The notes: a model not told the origin generated them from the sequence alone. Positions 9,634 through 19,641 are shown, counted from the first letter of the stretch. The stretch: DNA of 64,000 bases from Patescibacteria group bacterium (GCA_041666845.1 JBAYGC010000002.1:12499-76498), one strand, 5' to 3'. Numbers and translations are program-made.

Positions 9634-9912
9634 TTATTTTTCTTCCGGTTTCTTCCCCACCAATTTGAAGAAGTATTTCCACTTTTCACCCTCATCTGCC
9701 AGTTCCTTGGTATCTGACACGCATTTCTGGATGAAATATTTATCATGATCCCGACACGCCTTGAATACGGAATTCCTCTTGAAACTGGGTATATGCAGTT
9801 CTTCAATTACCCGCAAAGCTAAGTCCTGCCACTGGTAAGCGGGCGGTTTCTTGCCGGGGACTTTTTTCTTGAATATTTCCCCGATATTTTCCATTTCGGA
9901 TTTTCTTATCAT
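9634..9912 (-). CDS. Hypothetical protein
   Basis: ORF only; no recognisable motif. Confidence 0.3.
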   Translation of the reverse strand: MIRKSEMENIGEIFKKKVPGKKPPAYQWQDLALRVIEELHIPSFKRNSVFKACRDHDKYFIQKCVSDTKELADEGEKWKYFFKLVGKKPEEK

Positions 9913-9949
9913 ATTTGCATTATAATATACAATATATAATTTTCACAAA

Positions 9950-10396
9950 TTACTTATTACCAATTACCTGCTCCACCGCCCACGCCTGGTTTTTATGATA
10001 CAATTTCTTTAACGCATCAGCCGGTGTCAACCATACCACTTCATGATCCGGTGCGGTGGGAATGCCGATCTTTCTGACCATTTTTGCAAAATAAAAGTAC
10101 CCGTCATTATAGATGTAATCATTTTTGGTTGTTGAATAATGATACACGGCACTATTTCCTAAATATTTTCCGACTTCAATCTCCCAGCCCATTTCTTCGT
10201 TTGCCTCACGATACAAACATTCACTGTGGCTTTCTTTGCCGTCCAACCCACCGCCGGGAAGAAAATATCCAGTTCTTGTTTGAATTATTGCCAAATTATT
10301 TTTATCTTTATCAAAAATCAGCGCATAGACGCCGATGCGTGTTTTATACTTTTGACCGGCAATCTTTTCGCCAAATACGACTTTGTTTTTTAGCAT
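9950..10396 (-). CDS. NUDIX hydrolase
   Basis: Nudix box GGGLDGKESHSECLYREANEEMGWEI. Confidence 0.75.
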   Translation of the reverse strand: MLKNKVVFGEKIAGQKYKTRIGVYALIFDKDKNNLAIIQTRTGYFLPGGGLDGKESHSECLYREANEEMGWEIEVGKYLGNSAVYHYSTTKNDYIYNDGYFYFAKMVRKIGIPTAPDHEVVWLTPADALKKLYHKNQAWAVEQVIGNK

Positions 10397-10439
10397 AAAT
10401 ATCCAAAATCGGTTTATGTAAGTTCGATCTAGAAATTAC

Positions 10440-12197
10440 TTATTTCTGCTTATTAATCCGTAACCGAACATTTTTGGGCGTGATTTCCAAATATTCGTCT
10501 TCTTTGATTATCTCCAGTCCGCGCTCTAAAGTCAGCTCCATTGGCGGTGCGAGATTCAGTGCATCATCAGCCGCCGCCGCGCGCATATTGGTCAGGTGTT
10601 TTCCTTTGATCGGGTTCACATCCATATTATATCCCTTTGCGGCACTGCCGATAATCATTCCTTCATACACATCTACGCCGGGCCCGATGTACAGTGTCCC
10701 GCGTTCCTGTAAATTTGATAGTGAAAACCCGAGCGCTTTGCCGGTCGCCATGGAAATCATGGATCCGAAACTGTGCTTTTCAATTCCCTCAACATAAGGT
10801 TTGAAACCCGTTATGCGGGAGCTGATAATACCTTCACCTTTGGTATCAATCACAAATTCATTACGATAGCCGAGATAGCCTCTGGTCGGTATTTCAAAGA
10901 TTATTCGGATGTGGCTCAGCTCCGGTCGCATCTCAAGCATGTTCGCTTTGCGCTTGGATAGTTTTTCAATCACAACACCGGAATAGTCTACCGGAACATC
11001 CACGGTTATTTCTTCAAACGGCTCGCATTTTACTCCATCGATTTCTTTGATGATAACCTGCGGTTGGGAAACCTGCAGTTCATATCCTTCTCTGCGCATG
11101 TTTTCCAGCAGAATCGCAATATGTAGTTCACCACGGCCGAAAACTTTGTAATGATCAGTGGATGAAAAATCAATCCTTAAGCCGACATTAACTTCCAGCT
11201 CTTTCTGCAATCTTTCTTTGATCTGCCTGGTGGTGACATATTTGCCGTCTTTTCCGGCGAACGGAGAGTTGTTGGCCAAAAAGTCCAAAGAAATTGTCGG
11301 TTCGTCCACTTTAATGGCAGGCAGTGCTTCACGGTCTTCCTTTTCACAGATCGTTTCACCAATAAATATGTCCGGGATTCCGGCAATCATTACGATATCA
11401 CCCGCCGTTGCTTCCGGCACTTCCTTCTTTTTCAGACCTTCAAATGTATAAATCTTAGTGATCTTATTCGAGTTGGTATCACCATTAATTTTTTTAATAA
11501 AAACATTATCACCCACCTTCAATTTGCCGGTATAAATGCGGGATACCGCCATACGACCCAAAAAATTATCATAGCCGAGGTTAAAAACTTGTGCTGTTAA
11601 ATCTTTTTCTTCAAATACTTCTGAAGATGCCGGAGGCACTTCACGGAGAATCAAATCCAAAAGCGGAGTTAAGTCTTTTGCCTCATCTTCCATATGCAGT
11701 TTTGCTAACCCATCCCTGCCGATCGTATAAATTACGGCAAAATCCAGCTGTTCGTCAGATGCACCAAGATTCATAAATAATTCAAATACAGCATCATGTG
11801 CCCAGTCCGGTCTTGATGCCGGCTTATCAATTTTATTCAAGACGACAATCGGTTTCAGTCCTAGCTCTAGTGATTTTCTCAATACGAAGGTTGTCTGTGG
11901 CATCGGGCCTTCCTGCGCATCAACAACCAGAAGTACAGAGTCAATTGAACGCAATACCCGCTCTACTTCGGAACCAAAATCTGCATGGCCGGGAGTATCC
12001 ACAATATTAATCTTTGTGTCCTTATAAAAAACTGATGTGTTTTTGGAATAGATTGTAATTCCCCTTTCTAGCTCCAAATCATTACTGTCCATACTCACAC
12101 CTTCTTCCACCATATTACATTGACGCATTAAAGCATCCGTCAAAGCGGTTTTTCCGTGATCTACGTGAGCAATGATTGCGATATTTCTTATTTCCAT
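10440..12197 (-). CDS. typA: Translational GTPase TypA/BipA
   Basis: N-terminal IRNIAIIAHVDHGKTAL G1 motif, DTPGHADF G3 motif, and BipA-length C-terminal domains. Confidence 0.9.
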   Translation of the reverse strand: MEIRNIAIIAHVDHGKTALTDALMRQCNMVEEGVSMDSNDLELERGITIYSKNTSVFYKDTKINIVDTPGHADFGSEVERVLRSIDSVLLVVDAQEGPMPQTTFVLRKSLELGLKPIVVLNKIDKPASRPDWAHDAVFELFMNLGASDEQLDFAVIYTIGRDGLAKLHMEDEAKDLTPLLDLILREVPPASSEVFEEKDLTAQVFNLGYDNFLGRMAVSRIYTGKLKVGDNVFIKKINGDTNSNKITKIYTFEGLKKKEVPEATAGDIVMIAGIPDIFIGETICEKEDREALPAIKVDEPTISLDFLANNSPFAGKDGKYVTTRQIKERLQKELEVNVGLRIDFSSTDHYKVFGRGELHIAILLENMRREGYELQVSQPQVIIKEIDGVKCEPFEEITVDVPVDYSGVVIEKLSKRKANMLEMRPELSHIRIIFEIPTRGYLGYRNEFVIDTKGEGIISSRITGFKPYVEGIEKHSFGSMISMATGKALGFSLSNLQERGTLYIGPGVDVYEGMIIGSAAKGYNMDVNPIKGKHLTNMRAAAADDALNLAPPMELTLERGLEIIKEDEYLEITPKNVRLRINKQK

Positions 12198-12348
12198 ATC
12201 TTACTAAAAAAAGTCGCGCAAACTGCGACTAAGTTGATTAACTTGTACAGTATGCCTGATTACGATGTTTCTGTCAACTCTCGGATGCACTGCATCAAAT
12301 TTAACATAATTATTATCTTTCAAGCTGAACAAATCCAGCATACCATTT

Positions 12349-12780
12349 CTATTCAAGCAAATCTATATTTTGACGGATAATAATCGGCTTCATCGCTTTA
12401 ATCTCGTCAGTATAATGCATTTGCGGAATATCATTCCATAAAAATATCTTTTTGTTCAAAACATGAGCAAATCCCATTTCTAAAAATGTATTGCCACCAA
12501 TATAGTTTTCAATCCCATTTTTACTGATATTAATAACCAGAACTGCATCATCCTTTTTCATCCGTTCCCAATTCCATCTGATCAAATCCTTAGAAATTGT
12601 ATATTCTGAAAACTCACCACCTTTTTTCAAACGTTTGACTTCTTCAACACTAAACTTGCCTTCTTCCATTTTGGTAACGGAATAGCATTGTGAAACTACA
12701 TATCCTTTTTCCTCTAACCTATTTTTAATCTCAATAGCTTCTCTACTAAAATCTAGACTATGCATTAAACCTATTCGCAT
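12349..12780 (-). CDS. Nucleoside 2-deoxyribosyltransferase-like (PF05014-like) protein
   Basis: C-terminal YIGGNTFLEMGFAHVLNKKIFLW resembles the NDT/Rcl family G-x-x-G-T-x-F-E-x-G-x-A stretch. Confidence 0.45.
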   Translation of the reverse strand: MRIGLMHSLDFSREAIEIKNRLEEKGYVVSQCYSVTKMEEGKFSVEEVKRLKKGGEFSEYTISKDLIRWNWERMKKDDAVLVINISKNGIENYIGGNTFLEMGFAHVLNKKIFLWNDIPQMHYTDEIKAMKPIIIRQNIDLLE

Positions 12781-12789
12781 AAATCAATA

Positions 12790-13158
12790 TTATTTAATTA
12801 ATAAGCTTTCCTTCACCCGATATCGTACAATTTTAGCGATCAAACCTAAAGGCAGTGCCTTTTCAATTGGGAACTGAATCGCTCCCTTTGAAGTTCTGAA
12901 TTTTGACAATTCTTTTTTAAAAGCAGAGACCCCGCTCGGCGTCGGATAAAACCCGATGTGTTTGGCATATGCCGCGAAATGTACCAGGCTAGCATCATTA
13001 ATTCGAAATGTCGGCATATCATATCTGATCGCCTCTTCAGCACCTGGTGCCGCTTTTATGATAATCTGACGTAGCTTTTTCAATTCAATCTGAACATTTT
13101 TCGGATGCAAAGCAATGTACTCATCAATGTTCACAAATTTTCTACTGGATGAATTCAT
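12790..13158 (-). CDS. DUF1801 (YdhG-like) domain protein
   Basis: Conserved layout IDEYIA...LRxII...E.IxYxMPxF...H.GFYP. Confidence 0.55.
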   Translation of the reverse strand: MNSSSRKFVNIDEYIALHPKNVQIELKKLRQIIIKAAPGAEEAIRYDMPTFRINDASLVHFAAYAKHIGFYPTPSGVSAFKKELSKFRTSKGAIQFPIEKALPLGLIAKIVRYRVKESLLIK

Positions 13159-13178
13159 TTCTTTGTATAAATATTAAT

Positions 13179-14117
13179 CTATACTTTGATATTTTTAAGC
13201 ATATCCTTCGTCATTTTATCCAGGTCAAATTCGTGCTTCCATCCCCAGTCCGCCCTCGCCGCGCTGTCATCAATCGATTTCGGCCACGAGTCGGCTATTC
13301 TTTGCCGATCGTCTGGATTATAAGTGCATTTAAACCCGGACACACTTTTAGCAACTGATTCCGCCAGTTCCTTTGCTGAAAAACTCATGGCAGTCAGATT
13401 ATAGCTGGTTCGTACTTTAATATTTTCCGCCGGTGTCTCCATCAGTTCTATTGTAGCTCGTACACCGTCAGGCATATACATCATTGGCAATACGGTTTCC
13501 GGACTGACAAAACATTCATAGCTGTTATTTTTTAGTGCTTCGAAATATATCGCTACCGCGTAGTCGGTAGTTCCACCACCCGGAGGAGTTTTATAGCTGA
13601 TTAATCCCGGATAGCGCAGACTGCGAATATCCAGTCCGAATTTTTTGTGATAATACTGACACAACAATTCGCCGGCAACCTTGGTTACACCATACATCGT
13701 TGTTGGCTCAAGAATGGTATGTTGTGGAGTATTTTCGCGCGGAGTACTTGGGCCGAATGCCGCGATTGAACTCGGCCAAAAAATCTGTTTCACTCCGCGT
13801 GCGATGGAAATATCCAATATATTTTTCAAACCGTTCATGTTTACATTCCAGGCCAATTCCGGATTTTTCTCTCCGGTTGCCGACAAAATCCCGACTAAAT
13901 GAAAAATTGTATCCGGCTGATACTTTTTTACGAGTTCATCCAGAGCGTTTTTATCTGTAACATCCACACTTTCAAAGGGCCCACTATCCTGATCAACTGG
14001 TTCCTTTTTGGAATGGCCGACCGCTACAACTTCATTCTTGCCATATTTTTTTCTTAATTCAAAAACAAGTTCTGATCCAATTTGTCCGGTTGCGCCGGTA
14101 ACGATAATTCGTTTCAT
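13179..14117 (-). CDS. NAD-dependent epimerase/dehydratase family protein (L-threonine 3-dehydrogenase-like)
   Basis: N-terminal Rossmann motif IIVTGATGQIGSEL and YxxxK-type SDR-extended fold. Confidence 0.75.
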   Translation of the reverse strand: MKRIIVTGATGQIGSELVFELRKKYGKNEVVAVGHSKKEPVDQDSGPFESVDVTDKNALDELVKKYQPDTIFHLVGILSATGEKNPELAWNVNMNGLKNILDISIARGVKQIFWPSSIAAFGPSTPRENTPQHTILEPTTMYGVTKVAGELLCQYYHKKFGLDIRSLRYPGLISYKTPPGGGTTDYAVAIYFEALKNNSYECFVSPETVLPMMYMPDGVRATIELMETPAENIKVRTSYNLTAMSFSAKELAESVAKSVSGFKCTYNPDDRQRIADSWPKSIDDSAARADWGWKHEFDLDKMTKDMLKNIKV

Positions 14118-14136
14118 AATTTTCTGTTATATATTA

Positions 14137-14574
14137 TTATTTTACTGACCCACCAAGTTCGATTAGCAGATCCGATAATCCGGAAAGTCTTTTAATTTTA
14201 TCATTTGGAAATATTTCCTCAAAAAATGGTTCAGAATGCACTAGGGTCTCCTTCAAATTGCGTAGCCCGCTTGCTGTTATAGCCACAAAACTTACGCGGG
14301 CATCGCCGGTTGAAGCCTCCCTTTTCACTAATCCGATTTTCTCCATCGGTGCCAAAATCCTGGTCACTCCGGATGCGGTTAGTCCCATTTTTTCCGCCAA
14401 ATCGATCCGGCGCATTTTTTTGCCTGCAGCTCGGTTCAGATGAAACAGTATTACGAATTCATTAAACCCGATCCCGTCCAATCCGCCGTTAAACCGGCGG
14501 CTGTTTTCGGTCAAAACCCGGGACAAATTAATGAAAAGCTTTAGTGATGGGTTCACAGTTGTCATAATGGTCAA
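14137..14574 (-). CDS. MarR family transcriptional regulator
   Basis: Winged-helix region RRIDLAEKMGLTASGVTRILAPMEKIGLVKRE. Confidence 0.7.
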   Translation of the reverse strand: MTIMTTVNPSLKLFINLSRVLTENSRRFNGGLDGIGFNEFVILFHLNRAAGKKMRRIDLAEKMGLTASGVTRILAPMEKIGLVKREASTGDARVSFVAITASGLRNLKETLVHSEPFFEEIFPNDKIKRLSGLSDLLIELGGSVK

Positions 14575-14630
14575 TTAATATTTACTTCACATATCAAGTA
14601 TATATCAACTAAAATATTCAGTCAAGTATC

Positions 14631-15080
14631 CTAGTATTTATTTAGATACATATTTATCCCCTCCAGAATACCTGATGTGAAAAGCTTGGCTGGATCATGT
14701 TCTTCAAGTTTAACCCATTTATACCCGCTGTGTTCCGAACTTATTTTTATTTTGCCGCTAATCATCCTTGCTTCAAAAAATATGTACATGATGTGTATTT
14801 CTTTATTCTTACTCGTCATATTTTTCGGAATTAAATGGCGACCGATTCCGACGGGTTTTACATTTATAGTCAGTTCAATATCTCCAATCTCTTCAGCTAC
14901 CTCGCGTCTGATAATTTGCTCATATGGAATACCGAATTCTGATTCATCAATTCTACCACCAGGCAAATCATACATTCCCAAGAGACTCCCCTTCGGGTCG
15001 GAACCCAATACCAAAACTTCATCTTTATCATTTTTCAAAATCAGTTTTAGCGATATGTGATAATAATCTCTTTTGGGCAT
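14631..15080 (-). CDS. NUDIX hydrolase
   Basis: Nudix box GGRIDESEFGIPYEQIIRREVAEEIG. Confidence 0.7.
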   Translation of the reverse strand: MPKRDYYHISLKLILKNDKDEVLVLGSDPKGSLLGMYDLPGGRIDESEFGIPYEQIIRREVAEEIGDIELTINVKPVGIGRHLIPKNMTSKNKEIHIMYIFFEARMISGKIKISSEHSGYKWVKLEEHDPAKLFTSGILEGINMYLNKY

Positions 15081-15163
15081 GCAAGATAATATGTGAGTGA
15101 TTAATGTTAATTCATATTGAATTTACATCCAATCTGATCAATAGTCAAAGCAGTCGAGTCCGC

Positions 15164-16027
15164 CTACGAATAATCAGCACTATGTCTTCTATTTTTACTG
15201 TAAAACCGCCAATACGCAAATAATGAAAGGGTAAATATATATTGGATAATGAATTGTAGCCATTCCGGTTTGGAATACCAGCCAAATAATACATTCAACG
15301 GCAAACCGACTATCCCCTCCTTATGATTCATAAATGTTTCAGAATAATCAAATACCTTTGATAACAATATATTTTCAGACTGGATGTACCCGGCGGAATG
15401 TAAAGCTGAAAAACCCTCATGAACTCCGTATCCTAATAGATATCCCGCCTGAACTATGATATACACCAGAGTGATCTTGAACAGAGCTATGATGTTAATT
15501 TTGACCAGGGAATAATAGATAGCTAAAGCAATTGTAGCGGAAAAAACCAATCCAATAACAATCGAAATGTAGTCGTATTTTCCCGCAAATGAAAATAATA
15601 CAATTTCTACCCCCTCTCTGGCGATAAGTAAAAAAGACACAGTAAGCAAACCAGACTTAGTCAAAGCAACTGCTGTCTTATCTTCAACATATTGTTTTAT
15701 GCCATTACCATTACGGATCATCCAAACGATGAATACAGACACGGTACCTACCGCAATCAAACTTGCTACACTTTCCCACAGTTTTCCGATTTCATCCAAT
15801 AGGTCTAACTGGATGCTGATTGAAAACAACAAGTAACCAACGACTAGAGAAAATAAAACGGCCACAATAGCTCCGTTAATCACATTCCGATTCAAATGTT
15901 GATTGCCTGTTTTTGCTAAAAACTTAAAAATTAATACGACAATTAAACATGCTTCCAGCCCTTCTCTGAAAGACATAATTATCCCCGGTAATAAATTTCT
16001 CAAAATACAAATTCTCTCAATTAACAT
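15164..16027 (-). CDS. FTR1/EfeU family high-affinity iron permease
   Basis: REGLE motif (FREGLEACLIVVL) and multi-TM topology. Confidence 0.7.
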   Translation of the reverse strand: MLIERICILRNLLPGIIMSFREGLEACLIVVLIFKFLAKTGNQHLNRNVINGAIVAVLFSLVVGYLLFSISIQLDLLDEIGKLWESVASLIAVGTVSVFIVWMIRNGNGIKQYVEDKTAVALTKSGLLTVSFLLIAREGVEIVLFSFAGKYDYISIVIGLVFSATIALAIYYSLVKINIIALFKITLVYIIVQAGYLLGYGVHEGFSALHSAGYIQSENILLSKVFDYSETFMNHKEGIVGLPLNVLFGWYSKPEWLQFIIQYIFTLSLFAYWRFYSKNRRHSADYS

Positions 16028-16233
16028 TAAGTGAATTCTGCCCCTAGCAGGACAGAATGTCAGAATTGCCGAACAAGCGGCAGTTGTAGAATTATATCAA
16101 AAATAAAATTAGTACACAATCTAAATTATTTCTAATTGTTAGCCGGTATTCCTCACAAATTTGCACTTTCAGCGAACATGGAGTAGTCTGATAATAATTG
16201 AGTATTTGTATTTAACATGATCTGCAAAACACT

Positions 16234-16713
16234 ATGCCCACACTCCCAATAGTTACCGAACCAAATCCAATATTAAGAAAAAAAGCGGAAATCATTAAGA
16301 ATCCATTATTTTCGGCTGTCCAGGAACTTATTCCAAAACTCACAGAAACTATGATTCAGGAAGACGGGATTGGTATCGCCGCTCCGCAGGTCGGCGAATC
16401 GATTCAGATGATTATTATCAATCAGAAAGACAGACCATTGGTAATGATTAATCCAAAAATATTAACAAAATCAATCCGTACCGAAATTGCAGAGGAGGGA
16501 TGCCTAAGCGTACCCGGAATTTTTGGCATGGTTAAAAGATCCAAAAAGGTTAAAGTCAATGCGCTAGATAGCTCGGGAAAGCAGTTTACAATAAAAGCGG
16601 AGGGTCTGTTGGCCAGAGTAATGCAACATGAAATTGACCATTTGAATGGTATACTTTTTATCGACAAGATGGTTAAAAAAACCCGGGATCCAGAAGAAGA
16701 TAATATTCTCTAA
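16234..16713 (+). CDS. def: Peptide deformylase
   Basis: All three motifs present: GIGIAAPQVG, EGCLSVPG and QHEIDHLNG. Confidence 0.9.
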   Translation: MPTLPIVTEPNPILRKKAEIIKNPLFSAVQELIPKLTETMIQEDGIGIAAPQVGESIQMIIINQKDRPLVMINPKILTKSIRTEIAEEGCLSVPGIFGMVKRSKKVKVNALDSSGKQFTIKAEGLLARVMQHEIDHLNGILFIDKMVKKTRDPEEDNIL

Positions 16714-17216
16714 TTATTTTCAATAACTTTTTTTATAAATTTATTCTTTAATTTCCGATACAATTTTCCGTCACCATTAGCTGTTTTAACAGCTTGTTTT
16801 TTTAATGCTGCATATTCTTTTACCGCCTCAGGATTATTTATTAAGTAATTCCGGAACACAATTATCTGTTGCCATTCCTGAGCTTCAATATTTACTAGAT
16901 GAATATGCACACGCCTGATTTTATTCTTTCTGACGTAATCTTTCCGAAAAAAAATTCTTCCTGGAACGCTGGCTACTGCCCGGTATTCGTAACCCGCATT
17001 TTCCAGCTTTGATTTTGTTTTATCCATATGATTTTTTTTAACACCAACAACAATATCGACAATCCCCTTTCCACCTAACCCGTTTACTGCCGTACTGCCG
17101 ACATGTTCAATTTGTGCTTGATTGCCGAGTGCCTTACGTATTTTATTTTTTTCATACTGAAAATATTCTTTGTAGCTCTGATTATATTTCTTAAATACGT
17201 ATTTTTTTATTTCCAT
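16710..17216 (-). CDS. GrpB family protein (nucleotidyltransferase-fold, UPF0157)
   Basis: EHVGSTAVNGLGGKGIVDIVVGV signature of GrpB. Confidence 0.65.
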   Translation of the reverse strand: MEIKKYVFKKYNQSYKEYFQYEKNKIRKALGNQAQIEHVGSTAVNGLGGKGIVDIVVGVKKNHMDKTKSKLENAGYEYRAVASVPGRIFFRKDYVRKNKIRRVHIHLVNIEAQEWQQIIVFRNYLINNPEAVKEYAALKKQAVKTANGDGKLYRKLKNKFIKKVIENN

Positions 17217-17225
17217 TAATCTTAT

Positions 17226-17525
17226 TTACTTACTTCTATTTAGACTTTTGTAAACAGTAAAAATAAAATACGGCTGAATAAACATAAATATGTATTCTTC
17301 AATCGGCAGATTACCAATTTTAATCCCGGATAAACCGGAACCGCTATAATCAAAATACCAATGATGACTATAAACGGCAAAGCTGTCCCATGCAATCCCG
17401 ACGATCAGTAAAATCAAAATCGTAATAATTCTTTGCTTCCATGAATTATAAATACGAAATTTGAATTTCCATTGCAAAAATACACTGATCAACAAAATTA
17501 TAACCAATATGCTCAGATAATTCAT
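17226..17525 (-). CDS. Lycopene cyclase domain-containing small membrane protein
   Basis: About 100 aa with 3 TM helices and the PxEEYxF motif typical of the CrtYcd lycopene-cyclase domain. Confidence 0.45.
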   Translation of the reverse strand: MNYLSILVIILLISVFLQWKFKFRIYNSWKQRIITILILLIVGIAWDSFAVYSHHWYFDYSGSGLSGIKIGNLPIEEYIFMFIQPYFIFTVYKSLNRSK

Positions 17526-17542
17526 AAATAAATATATTAATA

Positions 17543-17902
17543 CTAAACTAATTCCTCATCCTCCTGTTTCCAGGCCGGATCTACAATACACATAAATTTT
17601 AAATCTACATTTCCGGTATTTTTAATATACTGTTTGGAATTTGGTGGAATATATACAGCCTGCCCGGCACTGACATTTTCCACTTCTTCATTAACATGCA
17701 TTTCGCCATTACCTTCCATAATATAATAGACTTCCGATGTTTTCATGATATGCGGTTTTGATGCTGTTCCAACCTTGATTACTGCCTCCGCTAAGCTGTA
17801 GCCAATGTCGATATCGTCTTTGTTGGGATTAAAAAGCTCACGAAGAACAGCACCATCTCCGGCAACAATCGCATTACAATTTTTCAGTTCTCTGACAATC
17901 AT
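17543..17902 (-). CDS. Cupin domain protein
   Basis: Two-motif cupin pattern (G...H.H...E and G...P...H). Confidence 0.6.
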   Translation of the reverse strand: MIVRELKNCNAIVAGDGAVLRELFNPNKDDIDIGYSLAEAVIKVGTASKPHIMKTSEVYYIMEGNGEMHVNEEVENVSAGQAVYIPPNSKQYIKNTGNVDLKFMCIVDPAWKQEDEELV

Positions 17903-17962
17903 AAATATATCATTAACAAAGTAAGCATATCACTTTTTTAGAAATGGATAAAATATTTGGTA

Positions 17963-17990
17963 TAAAAAAAGAGCTCATTTTAGACGCTCT
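17963..17990 (-). terminator. Intrinsic terminator of the 70-aa cassette gene
   Basis: Minus-strand hairpin AGAGC-(11 nt)-GCTCT followed by a T7 run, overlapping the stop codon. Confidence 0.5.
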
Positions 17991-18192
17991 TGATTCCAGT
18001 ATTCACTTGGTGAGTACCGGTGTACACACCGTGCACGATCAACCCGACCCCGATCAGGACACCGGCGACAACGCCGATCTTCATGAGCAGTGGCATTGCA
18101 CGCCACTCGCCTCTCCAGTACGCAGAACATGCCTCTTCAAAGGTCAGAACAGGCTGTTCTGACTCTGTCTTTGCTTCGAGCGGTTCCGTCAT
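17980..18192 (-). CDS. Small (70 aa) C-terminally membrane-anchored protein encoded in a GC-rich mini-cassette
   Basis: Local GC is about 55% against about 40% in the flanks. The gene has its own sigma70-like promoter and intrinsic terminator. The hydrophobic segment is LLMKIGVVAGVLIGVGLIVHGVY. Confidence 0.35.
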   Translation of the reverse strand: MTEPLEAKTESEQPVLTFEEACSAYWRGEWRAMPLLMKIGVVAGVLIGVGLIVHGVYTGTHQVNTGIKSV

Positions 18193-18257
18193 GTGATTCC
18201 CGTTCCCTTCTGTTGGGCAGGTTAGACTTCGGGGCGAAGAAAATGAGCTTCAGAGGA

Positions 18258-18285
18258 GTCTATCATGCTATTTTCATTTTGTCAA
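18258..18285 (-). promoter_or_regulatory. Sigma70-like promoter (TTGACA-16-TAGACT) for the 70-aa cassette gene
   Basis: On the minus strand, a perfect -35 TTGACA (18280-18285) and a -10 TAGACT (18258-18263) lie about 66 nt upstream of the ATG at 18192. Confidence 0.45.
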
Positions 18286-18296
18286 GCCCAGGAATT

Positions 18297-18575
18297 TTAA
18301 CCATAGATTATTGTCCCGATAACAACCAGTGTATTGATAAATAAGTTAACTGCATTCATAAAGACAAGTGGCTTCTTTTTATGCAGTTCACCGTATATAA
18401 TCCACAGGATTGAGTTAACGGCATATGCTCCCCAAGCAATTAGCGAGACCCCCTCCGCAGTTTTGTTAATCCAAATTTTGATTACCTGCGACGAGGTCAA
18501 TACCGGTATTGCAATACCCATGAAATACATGACTCGATCAAGCAGAAGGATATTGCCTTGCGCTTTTTTGTCCAT
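18297..18575 (-). CDS. SemiSWEET/PQ-loop-like 3-TM small transporter (tentative)
   Basis: About 90 aa with three TM helices. The size and topology match SemiSWEET, but no decisive motif is present. Confidence 0.35.
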   Translation of the reverse strand: MDKKAQGNILLLDRVMYFMGIAIPVLTSSQVIKIWINKTAEGVSLIAWGAYAVNSILWIIYGELHKKKPLVFMNAVNLFINTLVVIGTIIYG

Positions 18576-18678
18576 ATCAATTGCTCTCGATTCTAGCGGT
18601 TAATGCTATTTTCTTGAATATTATTCCTACATAAGTCATACTGTAAACACAGTATATCATATATTTATTCATTCAATC

Positions 18679-19641
18679 ATGACCACTGAAAGAAGTGAAA
18701 CGGACAATAAATTCAGAATAGCGTTTTTCGGCACGCCGGATTTTGCCGTTCCTGCTTTGCAAACACTGCTTTCCATGCCAGAAATATATATGGTTGCCGC
18801 TGTTACCCAGCCGGACAAGCCGGTTGGACGAAAGCAGGAGCTGACTGCCCCACCGGTAAAAAAATTGGCGGAAAAATATAAACTACCGGTCTGTCAGCCG
18901 GAACGGATAAAATCGGTAAAATTCGAACAGTGCTTGCGGAATGTCAATTTGGATTTAGCGATTGTTGTTGCTTACGGAAAAATTATTCCGGAAAAAGTTC
19001 TCGACATACCCAGATACGGGTGGCTGAATATTCATGGATCGCTATTGCCGAGATACCGTGGCGCTTCGCCAATTCAGGCGGCAATATTAAACGATGAAAA
19101 AGAAACCGGAGTAACTCTAATGAAAATTGACGCCGGCCTGGATACCGGGGCCATCATAAAACAAAAAATGATTCCGATCAGCCATGATGATAATTTTGAA
19201 TCGTTGCATGACAAACTAGCCACCCTCGGAGCAGATATACTAAGGGAATCGTTACTTGATTATTTATACGGAAAGCTGAAACCTGTACCGCAGGAAGATT
19301 CACGAGCGACTAAAACAGCAATCATCAAAAAGGAAGACGGCAGGATTGTCTGGACAAAAGATGCTTCAGAAATTGTAAGACACATCAGAGCATATAATCC
19401 GTGGCCGGGGGCATTTTGTAAACATAATAATAAAACAGTAAAAATCTCCTCAGCAGAAATCTCTGATACAAATTTGGGTCTGAAACCCGGCGAAGTATCA
19501 TACCAAAACAATTCAATATTTGTAGGCTGTGGTAAGGGCAATCTAAAAGTAATAAAATTACAACTGGAAGGCAAAAGGTTGCAAACAGCCAATGAATTTA
19601 TCAACGGAAATCCCGGTTTTAAAGAAATACAACTTACATAA
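18679..19641 (+). CDS. fmt: Methionyl-tRNA formyltransferase
   Basis: IAFFGTPDFAVPAL N-terminus, the HGSLLPRYRGASPIQ catalytic motif, and the C-terminal Fmt domain. Confidence 0.9.
   Translation: MTTERSETDNKFRIAFFGTPDFAVPALQTLLSMPEIYMVAAVTQPDKPVGRKQELTAPPVKKLAEKYKLPVCQPERIKSVKFEQCLRNVNLDLAIVVAYGKIIPEKVLDIPRYGWLNIHGSLLPRYRGASPIQAAILNDEKETGVTLMKIDAGLDTGAIIKQKMIPISHDDNFESLHDKLATLGADILRESLLDYLYGKLKPVPQEDSRATKTAIIKKEDGRIVWTKDASEIVRHIRAYNPWPGAFCKHNNKTVKISSAEISDTNLGLKPGEVSYQNNSIFVGCGKGNLKVIKLQLEGKRLQTANEFINGNPGFKEIQLT

Noticed and set aside
12198-12348. Hairpin GTCGC-(7 nt)-GCGAC + T7 immediately upstream of the typA start codon as an attenuator
   Set aside because: It most simply serves as the terminator of the upstream nucleoside-deoxyribosyltransferase-like gene. 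There is no leader peptide or alternative structure to support attenuation.
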